Assembly (NCBI GenBank): GCA_028281385.1
Contig: JANQJY010000011.1
Coordinates: 3,937 to 67,936, forward strand
Direction: 5' to 3'
Origin: Rickettsiales bacterium
GTDB lineage: Bacteria; Pseudomonadota; Alphaproteobacteria; Rickettsiales; UBA3002
Length of the DNA stretch: 64,000 bases
Made by a program: the position numbers and the translations under genes. The notes beneath the pieces were generated by a model that worked only from the letters and a program-made list of their open reading frames with translations, searched no databases and was not told where the DNA came from. Below, one piece after another: positions 43,681-52,974 of the stretch; position 1 is the stretch's first letter, and every line of letters starts with the position of its first letter.

Positions 43681-44945
43681 TGATGATGTGTCGCATAGTA
43701 TTTTGTCTGATCCTGGCATTCCCGTTGGTCGTGTTTGCCGGTGAATTGCCGTCCAAGGTTGGTATTGTTGCGATTGTGAATGATGATCTGATTACCTCGC
43801 TCGACGTTGAGGAGCGTATCATGCTGCTGGCGGCAACGCGCAAAATTCCGACCGATCCGAGCTCGCGTAATGAAGTAACCAAGCGTGTGTTGCAGTCGCT
43901 GGTCGATGAAGCACTGAAAATTCAGGAAGCCAAGCGGCATAGTCTTAGTGCCCGGCAAGAGGACATTCAGCGCGCCATTGCATCGATTGAGCGTGGTGAA
44001 GGACGGCCTCAGGGATCGCTGACACAGTTTATTCGTGCGAATAACCTGCCGATGGAATCTTTTACCCGCCAAATTAAGGGAGAAGTGCTGTGGAATAAAT
44101 TGCTTGCCCGCAAAGTCAGACAAGATATCTCCATCGAAGAGGCCGAAGTGTTGCGTGCGCAAAAACGCCTGTCGCGCGGCAAGGAGGTAGAAGAGGTGCA
44201 GATCGTCTCGATGATCCTGCCGCTGCCGGAAGGGAAATACGCCGATAAGATCAGGGAGGTTACGAAAGACATTACCGAAGCATTACGCCGGGGCGAGCAG
44301 GCGTCGGCGATTGTGAAGCGTTATGGCAATAGGCTGCCGATCAATTTTTCCCCGACGACCTGGGTACGAAAAGATCAATTAAATCCGATTATTACTTCGG
44401 CTGTAGCGGGATTGAAAAAGGGCGATATCAGCGACCCAATTATTACCCCGGCCGGTAATCAGATTATCAAACTGCTTAATACGCGTATGCGCAACACTGT
44501 ACCGCGTAATAATGCGGAAATCGCACTCAAGCAGATTATTCTGAAAATGGATAACCAGTCTTCGGATCTGGAGATCAAAACCATGATGGAAGTGGCCAAA
44601 CAGGTAGCGGACAATCCGGGAGATTGCCTGAGGAAAGGTGTGGCCGGAGTAGAGGAATTTGATGATTTGGATATAGAGATCAATTATATCCGCACGACGC
44701 TGGCCAATATGTCACCGGAAGTGCAGCCGCTGGTAAAACCATTGGAGGTGATGGAGATTACCGAACCTTTCGCCGCGCCGGACGGTATTCACATGCTGAT
44801 GGTGTGTGAGCGGATTGACATGCCGGCACCCCTGCCGGACAAGCAGCAGGTAAAACAGATTTTGCTTCAGGAAAAGCTGGAGCTGGAAGCGGAAAAATAT
44901 CTGCGTAACCTGCGCCGTGATGCCTTTATTGATATCCGGGTGTAG
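43677..44945 (+). CDS. surA: periplasmic chaperone / PPIase SurA
   Basis: Signal peptide, SurA N-terminal-type region and a parvulin-like segment. Its start overlaps the lptD stop. Confidence 0.8.
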   Translation: MMMMCRIVFCLILAFPLVVFAGELPSKVGIVAIVNDDLITSLDVEERIMLLAATRKIPTDPSSRNEVTKRVLQSLVDEALKIQEAKRHSLSARQEDIQRAIASIERGEGRPQGSLTQFIRANNLPMESFTRQIKGEVLWNKLLARKVRQDISIEEAEVLRAQKRLSRGKEVEEVQIVSMILPLPEGKYADKIREVTKDITEALRRGEQASAIVKRYGNRLPINFSPTTWVRKDQLNPIITSAVAGLKKGDISDPIITPAGNQIIKLLNTRMRNTVPRNNAEIALKQIILKMDNQSSDLEIKTMMEVAKQVADNPGDCLRKGVAGVEEFDDLDIEINYIRTTLANMSPEVQPLVKPLEVMEITEPFAAPDGIHMLMVCERIDMPAPLPDKQQVKQILLQEKLELEAEKYLRNLRRDAFIDIRV

Positions 44946-44953
44946 GCTGCTCT

Positions 44954-45796
44954 GTGACCCCTTCACCCGCGCTTCCATCGCTGCAGCAGATCATCAAACA
45001 ATACGGGCTTTCGGCCAAAAAAAATCTCGGACAGCATTTTCTGCTCGATGGCTATGTAACCGATCAGATCGTCACTTTGTGCGGTGATCTTTCCTGCCTG
45101 CATGTGATTGAAATCGGCCCTGGTCCTGGCGGGTTGACGCGCTCGCTCCTCTCTTCCAATGCTGCGCATGTGGCGGCCATTGAAAAAGACGAGCGTTGTT
45201 TGCCGATCATGGAAATGCTTAAACAGGCCGCACCGGATCGCTTTATCTGTCATCATGCCGATGCGTTGGAGATATCACTGGAAGATATCGGTGCGTCTCC
45301 CCGCTGTGTCATCGCCAATCTGCCCTATAACATCGGGACGGAGTTGGTCGTCGGATGGTTGAAGCAACTCCATACGTATGGACCGGAGTATCTGCAGCAC
45401 ATCACCGTGATGCTGCAGAAGGAAGTAGCTGAACGCATCACCGCACTGCCGGGTACCAAGGCATATGGACGCCTGTCGGTGATGGCGCAGTGGCTGTGCG
45501 AATGCCATGTGATTTTAGAGGTGCCGCCTGAGGCCTTTACGCCGCCGCCGAAAGTGGAATCGGCTGTGGTGCAGCTGATACCGCGTGTCGGGTGGGAGGA
45601 AATCTCTTTGGAACGATTGGAGACGCTGCTGCGGATTGCCTTTCAGTTCCGGCGCAAAAAAATTACGGCAGCGCTGAAGCAGTGTGTGCCGGAGCCGGAA
45701 ACGATAGTGAATACCGTGGGAATAGACCCGTCTTTGCGCCCGGATCAGCTCTCCGTTGAGATGTATTTAGCCATCGCAAAAGCGCTAGCGGAGTAG
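44954..45796 (+). CDS. rsmA: 16S rRNA (adenine1518/1519-N6)-dimethyltransferase
   Basis: LGQHFL, VIEIGPGPGGLT and NLPYNI motifs. Confidence 0.92.
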   Translation: MTPSPALPSLQQIIKQYGLSAKKNLGQHFLLDGYVTDQIVTLCGDLSCLHVIEIGPGPGGLTRSLLSSNAAHVAAIEKDERCLPIMEMLKQAAPDRFICHHADALEISLEDIGASPRCVIANLPYNIGTELVVGWLKQLHTYGPEYLQHITVMLQKEVAERITALPGTKAYGRLSVMAQWLCECHVILEVPPEAFTPPPKVESAVVQLIPRVGWEEISLERLETLLRIAFQFRRKKITAALKQCVPEPETIVNTVGIDPSLRPDQLSVEMYLAIAKALAE

Positions 45797-45804
45797 AGTA
45801 GCAT

Positions 45805-46011
45805 TTATTTTTCCGGTGGAAACAGGTCGGTGATATCGCATTTTAGTTTCTTACACATATGTTCTAATGTATCCAATCCGACATTCTCTTCCATTTCAAT
45901 GCGATGAAGCGTCGATTTGGCAATTCCGAGTTTTCTGGCAAATTCTCTGAGCGGCATATCGCCGCGTAATTGTTTTATTTTTTTCGCTAATCGCTTGTGT
46001 ACGTGTCCCAT
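45805..46011 (-). CDS. XRE-family HTH regulator (68 aa)
   Basis: LREFARKLGIAKSTLHRIEMEEN HTH core. Confidence 0.75.
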   Translation of the reverse strand: MGHVHKRLAKKIKQLRGDMPLREFARKLGIAKSTLHRIEMEENVGLDTLEHMCKKLKCDITDLFPPEK

Positions 46012-46079
46012 ATATGATACGTAACGGAAAGTTTGTCCAATATGTTGGACAATTCAAAATAAAACCTAGAGGAAACATC

Positions 46080-46310
46080 GTGTCTGACAAAAACATATGC
46101 GGGCCGAGTATTAAACAGGTGAGGATTGGGCAGGGTTTAACGCAAGCGCAGTTGAGTGAGCTGCTGGAAAAGCGGCATGGGGTGTCTCTATTCTCTTCCG
46201 CTATCTCGGCGATTGAACGGCAAAAGCGGGTGTTGTGGGATTATGAACTTGCTGCGTTTGCCGATGTGCTGGAGGTGCGAATTAACTGGCTGATGGGCTG
46301 GGATGCTTAA
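46080..46310 (+). CDS. XRE-family HTH regulator (76 aa)
   Basis: GTG 46080 preceded by AGAGGAAA. IKQVRIGQGLTQAQLSELL...ISAIERQKR HTH core. Divergent from the 45805-46011 gene. Confidence 0.7.
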   Translation: MSDKNICGPSIKQVRIGQGLTQAQLSELLEKRHGVSLFSSAISAIERQKRVLWDYELAAFADVLEVRINWLMGWDA

Positions 46311-46957
46311 CTATTGCACAATGTCTCGATAAATCCGGCTAAATTGGTCTGACGAATACGCCGCAAGCGTTCAGCCTCCAGGATATGCAAAATCTTTTGC
46401 AACGCTAGATCCAGATCGTCATTGATCACGACATAATCATATTCCTGCCAGTGGCTGATCTCTGCTGCGGCTTTTTCCATACGGTACCTGACGGTTTCTT
46501 CGCTGTCCTGTGCACGATTGCGCAGACGTTGCTCAAGTTCCTGTAACGATGGCGGCAGAATGAACACGCTGACCAGATCGTCGCGGTGGGTTTCCGCCAG
46601 CTGACGGGTGCCCTGCCAGTCGATATCGAACACAACGTCGATGCCCTGATCGAGTGCTGCCTTTACCTTAGCAGCCGGTGTGCCGTATTGATAATCGAAC
46701 ACTGTTGCATGTTCCAGTAATTCGCCTTTTTGCACCATGGCGTCAAAGGCAGTGTTGTCGATAAAATAATAATCTTTCTGGTCCACTTCACCGGGGCGTT
46801 TGGGGCGGGTGGTCACCGAGATCGACATTTCCAGTCCTGCATGCGAATCTAGCAGGCGATGGGACAAAGTGGTTTTTCCCGCGCCGGAAGGTGAGGAGAG
46901 AACGAACATGAATCCACGGCGCTGGCCGATGGGATGCATGGCCTTACGCTGTGTCAT
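46307..46957 (-). CDS. gmk: guanylate kinase
   Basis: P-loop SSPSGAGKTTL, SVTTRPKRPGE, and YYFID in place of the usual YHFV motif. Confidence 0.92.
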   Translation of the reverse strand: MTQRKAMHPIGQRRGFMFVLSSPSGAGKTTLSHRLLDSHAGLEMSISVTTRPKRPGEVDQKDYYFIDNTAFDAMVQKGELLEHATVFDYQYGTPAAKVKAALDQGIDVVFDIDWQGTRQLAETHRDDLVSVFILPPSLQELEQRLRNRAQDSEETVRYRMEKAAAEISHWQEYDYVVINDDLDLALQKILHILEAERLRRIRQTNLAGFIETLCNS

Positions 46958-47431
46958 TTATCGGTGCAATCCTTCGCGAGGTTTGGGTGGCGTCATTTTA
47001 GAGACATGAAACAGGCGTTTAACCACATCACCGTTGCATAATGCCAGTTCCACCCAGAAACTTTCGCCATCCGCAAGCGGGTTTTTCAGTGACATGGACA
47101 TCAGATGCAGTCCACCCGGTCGGAAGGTGACGGTTTCACCCGCCGGGATAGGTATGGCGTCCAGCTGCCGCATGCGCATGATGTCGTTATCCATTTCATG
47201 TTTATGTAGTTCGGTGTGCTCCGCAATGTCTGTAGTAGCGCTGATAATGGACAGATCCTCTTTTCCTTTGTTATGCACTTCCATGAAACCGATACCGGTG
47301 CTGGCGCCTTTAAGTGTCGGCAATGCCCGTGCGCCGGTAATGACGAGATCGCCCGTCTGGACCACGCTCAGCGCATGCACTGGTGCGGCAGGAGACAATA
47401 TAAGCAGTATCAAAGTCAATAATACACGCAT
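46958..47431 (-). CDS. periplasmic copper chaperone PCu(A)C
   Basis: Signal peptide. His/Met motif region AEHTELHKHEMDNDIMRMR and GGLHLMSM. Adjacent to SCO1. Confidence 0.8.
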   Translation of the reverse strand: MRVLLTLILLILSPAAPVHALSVVQTGDLVITGARALPTLKGASTGIGFMEVHNKGKEDLSIISATTDIAEHTELHKHEMDNDIMRMRQLDAIPIPAGETVTFRPGGLHLMSMSLKNPLADGESFWVELALCNGDVVKRLFHVSKMTPPKPREGLHR

Positions 47432-47433
47432 CG

Positions 47434-48048
47434 CTAACCTTTCTCATTAATCGTTTTTAGCATGGCGTCGGTCAGTTCCTGCTCCGACACATTGTGCGGG
47501 AAATGCATCATGTAATTTCCCTGGCGATCCATGAAGTAAAGAAAGCCGGAATGATCGACGACATAGTCCGTGGCCGAATCCTTCATGGGTACCTTATTAT
47601 AATAGACCTTGTAAGCATCGGCGGCAGTTTTTATGTCTTCTGCGGTTCCGGTCAGACCAATCAGCTTTTCGTGGAAGTTGCTGACATATTGCGCCATGAC
47701 ATCCACATTGTCGCGCTCGGGGTCAACGGTGATGAAAACAGGCGTCACCTCTTCTGCCAGTGCACCGATATTGTTCAGCGCATTGCTGATAATCATTAAT
47801 GTGGTCGGGCAGATATCCGGGCAATAGGTAAATCCAAAATAAACCAGCTGATACTTACCGTGAAAGTCGGAATGGTGAACCAGTTGGCCAGTATGATCCG
47901 TCAGTTGATACGCACCGCCGATAAGCGCTTTTCCATAGCTGTTACTCTGTGGTTTTTCCGGTGCAGACAAAAAGTCGGGGGCCACCTGCCAGATAATGGC
48001 AAAAATGGCTAACACCAGACAACATGTGGCAATAATAAGTCCGCGCAT
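47434..48048 (-). CDS. SCO1/SenC copper chaperone (thioredoxin fold)
   Basis: FGFTYCPDICP CxxxC motif and downstream DHSGF His. Confidence 0.88.
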   Translation of the reverse strand: MRGLIIATCCLVLAIFAIIWQVAPDFLSAPEKPQSNSYGKALIGGAYQLTDHTGQLVHHSDFHGKYQLVYFGFTYCPDICPTTLMIISNALNNIGALAEEVTPVFITVDPERDNVDVMAQYVSNFHEKLIGLTGTAEDIKTAADAYKVYYNKVPMKDSATDYVVDHSGFLYFMDRQGNYMMHFPHNVSEQELTDAMLKTINEKG

Positions 48049-48261
48049 GGCGACCTTTTACCCGTTATATCGGGGGATGTAAAGCGCTGGCCCTTTCTAT
48101 TGACATAAATCATGGGAGAAGAATCTTAATAAAGGATTAATATATCTGAGAAAACCGTAGAAGGATATATAGAAATCGGTTGACAAAATAGAGGGATTGT
48201 GTTAGAAGTGAGGTATAACTAGGTAAAGTTATGTTTTGATTAACAAGTAGTGGTGGTAACA

Positions 48262-48960
48262 ATGACCCCAATTATATCGGCACCCAATATTCAGACCGCG
48301 CCTTTGGTTCAGGTGGCTGCGGTAAATGGCCTTCCGGCCAGTATCCCAAGTGATTCGCGCATCGTTTACAATGCGGTAAACGCGTCGATCTCCACGCCGG
48401 AGATTTTCAATAACGCGAAAAATCCTGCACCTCGCGTAGATCAGGTACGTCAATCGCAGACAAAAGAGAATACAGTCGTTCCGGCCAGTGTGGCACTGAC
48501 GCGTGCGCCGTCGGAGAATTTTGGCTTTTCAACTTTATTTATGGCACAGCTGTTTGGCCAGGAGGTGGTGGGTGACCGCTCCGTTATCGACACGTTTGCA
48601 GCAGCCAATAACCCGGTTTATGAAAAAGCGGGAGTGAGTGGGAGCGTTGGACCGCTTGATGCGGGTGCGGGTAAGGCTTTCGGTCCGTTGGATGCTTCCG
48701 CCAATAGTCAGGCCGTTGGAGTAGAACGTCCGGAAGTGGCGATTCTGAAGCTCACGCCGAGCATGATTACGCTTGCTTCCAAGCTGACGATCATTACCCC
48801 TTCTGCCATAGAAGTGGCTTCGGCGGCGCAAGGCTCTGTATCATCAGCAGGGGCGTCGACTTCTTATCTGAAGCCGGGAGGTATCAGCGGTTATATCGCA
48901 ACGGCCGTGAGAAATGACATTAATCTGTCGGAGTTTCCGCCTGTTTTCGTCTCCATCTAA
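48262..48960 (+). CDS. hypothetical Ala/Ser/Val/Pro-rich protein (~232 aa)
   Basis: ORF after a 210-nt spacer with promoter-like TTGACA boxes. Internal near-repeat GPLDAGAGKAFGPLDASAN. No signal peptide or family recognised. Confidence 0.4.
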   Translation: MTPIISAPNIQTAPLVQVAAVNGLPASIPSDSRIVYNAVNASISTPEIFNNAKNPAPRVDQVRQSQTKENTVVPASVALTRAPSENFGFSTLFMAQLFGQEVVGDRSVIDTFAAANNPVYEKAGVSGSVGPLDAGAGKAFGPLDASANSQAVGVERPEVAILKLTPSMITLASKLTIITPSAIEVASAAQGSVSSAGASTSYLKPGGISGYIATAVRNDINLSEFPPVFVSI

Positions 48961-49517
48961 TTAATAGCAGCGAACGTCAATTTTGACAGGGCGATGTCTT
49001 CTGCCTTTTGTGTGTGCAAATGGTGTGTGTTTTGCTGTATGTAATCTATCAAACGATCCAGAACAGCGTCATCGGGAGAGTTAACCGTTCCATACAGATT
49101 CCTTGCCAGCGCTTCTTTCAGCATCGGTTTGTTCTTTAACGCATCGCCATAGGCGGTCAATCTGCCATGCTGCGCATCTGCCATACGTTTTATGCGTTTG
49201 CCAACACCGGTATCGGCCACGCCCATCTCACGCAGGGAACGGTCCATATCATTCATCATCGTATCGACCAGCGCCTGTGCTATATTGTGGTAATGACTTT
49301 CTGACTCCTGTTTCAAACGATGTATGATCAGAAACAGATGCAGCAGAATCATGTCGAAACGGCCATCGAGCGTGTCAGGTACGCCGTAATCCGTGTAAAA
49401 AACAGGAGATCGTGCCTGTTCTACAATTCGAGCATAAAGATTCGCTGCCTGAACTTCTTCAGACGACGGTGTAAATAATTTGACTAGTTGGGCAAACATG
49501 GCATCTATGTAAATCAT
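48957..49517 (-). CDS. ubiquinol-cytochrome c chaperone (Cbp3-like) family protein
   Basis: PVFYTDYGVPDTLDGRFDMILLHLFLIIHRL is typical of the family. Divergent from bamE, as in many alphaproteobacteria. ATG 49499 is an alternative start. Confidence 0.75.
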   Translation of the reverse strand: MIYIDAMFAQLVKLFTPSSEEVQAANLYARIVEQARSPVFYTDYGVPDTLDGRFDMILLHLFLIIHRLKQESESHYHNIAQALVDTMMNDMDRSLREMGVADTGVGKRIKRMADAQHGRLTAYGDALKNKPMLKEALARNLYGTVNSPDDAVLDRLIDYIQQNTHHLHTQKAEDIALSKLTFAAIN

Positions 49518-49974
49518 GTGGCGTCAAGTGCAAGCGAAGTTTATCATCTGCCTGTCTGCAGTTACGTTGATGGGCTGCGAGCCGGTGGTGCATCATCGTG
49601 GGCATGTGGAAGATGCGCCGATGAGTGAGAAGATCACGGAAGGTGAAACAACCAGGGACGATGTGCAGATTTTGTTCGGATCGCCTTCAAGCACTTCTGG
49701 TTTTGGCGAGGAAACTTGGTATTATATCCATGCGCGAAAAGAGGCGAAAGCCTTTCTGCGCCCGCAGGTGACCGAACAGCGCATTATGCAGATTATTTTT
49801 GACAGCCAGGGGGTAGTGGAAGAAGTCAAACAATATGATCTGGAGGATGGCAAACAGGTCTCCTTCGTTGAAAAAACGACGCCGACGGAAGGTCACAGTC
49901 TTGGTTTTATGGAACAGATATTGGGCAATCTTGGCCGGTTTAACAAAGACTCAACCGGTCCTGGACGGCGTTAG
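49516..49974 (+). CDS. bamE: outer-membrane assembly lipoprotein BamE (SmpA/OmlA)
   Basis: Lipobox LMGC and the GETTRDDVQILFGSPS...WYY SmpA/OmlA pattern. Confidence 0.8.
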   Translation: MWRQVQAKFIICLSAVTLMGCEPVVHHRGHVEDAPMSEKITEGETTRDDVQILFGSPSSTSGFGEETWYYIHARKEAKAFLRPQVTEQRIMQIIFDSQGVVEEVKQYDLEDGKQVSFVEKTTPTEGHSLGFMEQILGNLGRFNKDSTGPGRR

Positions 49975-49983
49975 ACGTTGTTA

Positions 49984-50940
49984 TTAGCAGTGCTGATAGC
50001 CTTTATGTTGCATGGTAATTTCATCGCCATCCTCATCACGTAATGTGACATCATGTCCATCCTTCATAGCGCCGATGCAAGTCAGTGGTAAGCTCAATTT
50101 TCTGGATAGAGTTTCTATGGCGGAGTGACAATCAGGCGATGCGGTGAACAGCAATTCATAATCATCACCACCGGCAAGCAGATCGACAGGATTGATATGA
50201 TGTCCGTCAGTATACTCACGGGCAATATCCGAGACAGGAATGGCTTGTAGCTGTATATCCGCGCCGACAGCGGAGGCATGGCAGATATGTTCCAGATCCT
50301 GCAGCAGCCCGTCGGAAACATCGATGGCACTATGCGCCATGCCGTGCAATGCCTGTCCCAGAATGATACGCGGCTGTGGAAGGTGGTAACGGTTAATGAG
50401 TGCTTCATGATGGTGTTGCTGTTGCTTTATCGCATGCAGCCCGAGAAAGGCGTCGCCAATGCTGCCGGACACCCAGACATCATCACCCGATTGTGCGCCA
50501 GACCGGGATAACAGGTTGTGATGTTTGGCCAGTCCGAAGGCGGTGATGCTGAGGGTAACCGGGCCGTCAATCGATGAACTGTCACCACCGATCAACTGAA
50601 TGCCGAATCTTTCCTGATCCTCTGCGAGTCCGTGGCAGAAAGCATCGATCCACGTATCGTCGCAATGATGAGGTATAAGTAAGGACAGGGTATAAGCATG
50701 TGGTGTTGCTCCCATCGCTGCCAGATCGGACAGATTTACGCGCAATGCTTTCTGCGCGATCAGTGACGGTTGGGTATCGGGAAAGAAATGGATGCCTTCG
50801 GTTAACGCATCCGTTGTGACGACAAACGAGGTATCTTCCACTGGCTGTATCACTGCTGCATCATCAGCAAGGTCGCGTGCCATAGCGTTGCTATCCGTCA
50901 GCGGCAGGAAATAATTGCGGATACGGTCAAATTCAGCCAT
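49984..50940 (-). CDS. thiL: thiamine-monophosphate kinase
   Basis: MAEFDRIRNYFLPL...DDAAVI opening and AIR-synthase-like fold strings. The start was trimmed to ATG 50940. Confidence 0.85.
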   Translation of the reverse strand: MAEFDRIRNYFLPLTDSNAMARDLADDAAVIQPVEDTSFVVTTDALTEGIHFFPDTQPSLIAQKALRVNLSDLAAMGATPHAYTLSLLIPHHCDDTWIDAFCHGLAEDQERFGIQLIGGDSSSIDGPVTLSITAFGLAKHHNLLSRSGAQSGDDVWVSGSIGDAFLGLHAIKQQQHHHEALINRYHLPQPRIILGQALHGMAHSAIDVSDGLLQDLEHICHASAVGADIQLQAIPVSDIAREYTDGHHINPVDLLAGGDDYELLFTASPDCHSAIETLSRKLSLPLTCIGAMKDGHDVTLRDEDGDEITMQHKGYQHC

Positions 50941-51421
50941 GGGCTTGTGCAGGGCGATGCTTTTCCGCCAGCTGCTGCAGCGCGCTGTGCGCGAAACCCA
51001 GTTCCGGTTCATCCAGAAACCCGGCGGCAATGTCGCTATATTCCGACAGCAGAATCGGTGTTTTCACATCGTCGTGATGCTGGAATTCACAGGAAGCGAC
51101 GATCAACAACCCGCGCATGACCGGATTCATGCGCTTACTTGACCAGCCTTCCTTGACAAGGCTTTCCACATCCGATGTCAGTGCATCGAAATGTGATGCC
51201 ACGCCGTTAAGCAGACGATACAGCAGGGCCGATTCCGGCGGGGTCTCATGCTCCCATTCCGCATCCTGCGCATTGGCGGGTTCCTTCCATTGCGCGATTA
51301 ATTGTTCCGCCTGCTGCTCGGGGTTGAGCGGCTTGTCCATCACCAGACTGTGATAGACGCCCTGAATGGCAGCGATGCGGGCGCTGCGTTTTTTCTGCAG
51401 TGATAGGCGTTCTTCGCTCAT
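50933..51421 (-). CDS. nusB: transcription antitermination factor NusB
   Basis: RSARIAAIQGVY opening. ~160 aa. Classic ribH-nusB-thiL order. Confidence 0.85.
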   Translation of the reverse strand: MSEERLSLQKKRSARIAAIQGVYHSLVMDKPLNPEQQAEQLIAQWKEPANAQDAEWEHETPPESALLYRLLNGVASHFDALTSDVESLVKEGWSSKRMNPVMRGLLIVASCEFQHHDDVKTPILLSEYSDIAAGFLDEPELGFAHSALQQLAEKHRPAQAHG

Positions 51422-51858
51422 GCGCCGGATACTCCGAATTGCTGTTTCAGTGCAATCATGCGTATGCAGGCCTCTGCCGCTTCCTTTCCCTTATTTTTAC
51501 CCTTCATATCGGCACGTGCCAGTGCCTGTTCTTTGTTTTCCACGGTCAGAATGCCATAGCCGATGGCCAGATGGTGGGTAAGTGCCAGTTCATTCAGACC
51601 GCGCGCGCTTTCACCGCAGACATAGTCATAATGTGAGGTTTCACCGCGAATCACGCAGCCCAGTGCGATATAGCCGTCGAATAAACGATCTTTGGCCAGT
51701 GAGGCGAAGCGGATAGCCGCAGGTATTTCAAAAGCGCCGGGCACAGACAGAGTGTCGTAACTATGACCTGTCGCATCGAAATGTGCCGTTGCACCGGCAA
51801 CAAGCTGGTCGGTGATGTCCTGATAATAATCGGCAACGACGATGAGAATATGTGCCAT
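51418..51858 (-). CDS. ribH: 6,7-dimethyl-8-ribityllumazine synthase
   Basis: 146 aa. LSVPGAFEIP and GCVIRGETSHYDYV motifs. Confidence 0.92.
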   Translation of the reverse strand: MAHILIVVADYYQDITDQLVAGATAHFDATGHSYDTLSVPGAFEIPAAIRFASLAKDRLFDGYIALGCVIRGETSHYDYVCGESARGLNELALTHHLAIGYGILTVENKEQALARADMKGKNKGKEAAEACIRMIALKQQFGVSGA

Positions 51859-51861
51859 GGT

Positions 51862-52974
51862 CTATGCTCCGTCCGATGGAATAGGTTGATAGCCGTGAAT
51901 GCTCAGGCCGTAGCCTTCTAGCCCCACCACACTTTTCTGCGAATTGGACAGCAAAATCATGTCCGTGATACCGAGATCGAGCAGGATTTGCGCACCGATA
52001 CCGTAATCACGCAGATTGGCATCTTCCTCTATGGTTTCCCCCATGCGGCGGCGCAGCTGATCGGAGACGGCACGTTTTTTCGGCTCGCGGATGATGACGA
52101 TTACTCCGCTTCCGGCGGCATCAATCGCTTTCATCGCATTCGTTAACTCACCGGCTTTCTTCGTGGCGACATCACTAAGCACATCCTGTAAAAAATGATG
52201 CGCATGCATGCGTACCAAGGTGGGAGAGGTGATCTCACCCTTGAGCAGCACAATATGTTCGGCATAGCCGATCTGGCTGGCATAGACATATAATGTGAAT
52301 TGACCGGCCTCTTTCGTATCAATGGTGGTTTCGACCATGCGCTCGACCATTTTTTCCGAGCGGCAGCGCCAGGCGATCAGATCGGCAATGGTGGCGATTT
52401 TAAGTCCGTGTGTTTCGGCAAAAGGAATCAGATCGGATAGGCGTGCCATGCTGCCGTCATCATTCATGATTTCGCAGATGACGCCGGAAGGGTTCAGTCC
52501 AGCCAGCCGTGCGATATCGACAGCGGCTTCGGTATGACCTGCGCGCACTAGCACGCCGCCATCGCGTGCCATCAGCGGAAACACGTGGCCGGGCGACGCA
52601 ATTGACTCTGCGCCGTTGCGCGGATCGATCGCCACCGAAACGGTATGGGCGCGGTCCGAGGCAGAAATACCGGTGGTAACACCCTCTGTTGCTTCGATCG
52701 ACACGGTAAAAGCCGTTTGATGACGTGAGGTATTTTGTTGCGCCATCAGTGGCAGTCCCAATTCTTTAATACGCTGTGTCGTCAGTGCCAGACAGATTAG
52801 CCCGCGGCCATATTTTGCCATGAAATTGATGCTTTCCGGTGTGGCCATCTGCGCGGGAATAATCAAATCCCCTTCATTTTCACGCTTCTCGTCATCGACC
52901 AGAATGAACATGCGGCCGTTGCGCGCATCCTCGATAATATCCTCGATCGGTGACAGGTGGGCACTATGCGGCAT
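51862..52974 (-). CDS. ribB: 3,4-dihydroxy-2-butanone-4-phosphate synthase with a GTP-cyclohydrolase-II-like C-terminal domain
   Basis: N-terminal DHBPS strings (VDDEKRENEGDLIIPA, HTEAAVDIARLAG). In the C-terminal domain, the position of the usual zinc-Cys motif reads VRMHAHHFLQDVL with no Cys. Confidence 0.85.
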   Translation of the reverse strand: MPHSAHLSPIEDIIEDARNGRMFILVDDEKRENEGDLIIPAQMATPESINFMAKYGRGLICLALTTQRIKELGLPLMAQQNTSRHQTAFTVSIEATEGVTTGISASDRAHTVSVAIDPRNGAESIASPGHVFPLMARDGGVLVRAGHTEAAVDIARLAGLNPSGVICEIMNDDGSMARLSDLIPFAETHGLKIATIADLIAWRCRSEKMVERMVETTIDTKEAGQFTLYVYASQIGYAEHIVLLKGEITSPTLVRMHAHHFLQDVLSDVATKKAGELTNAMKAIDAAGSGVIVIIREPKKRAVSDQLRRRMGETIEEDANLRDYGIGAQILLDLGITDMILLSNSQKSVVGLEGYGLSIHGYQPIPSDGA

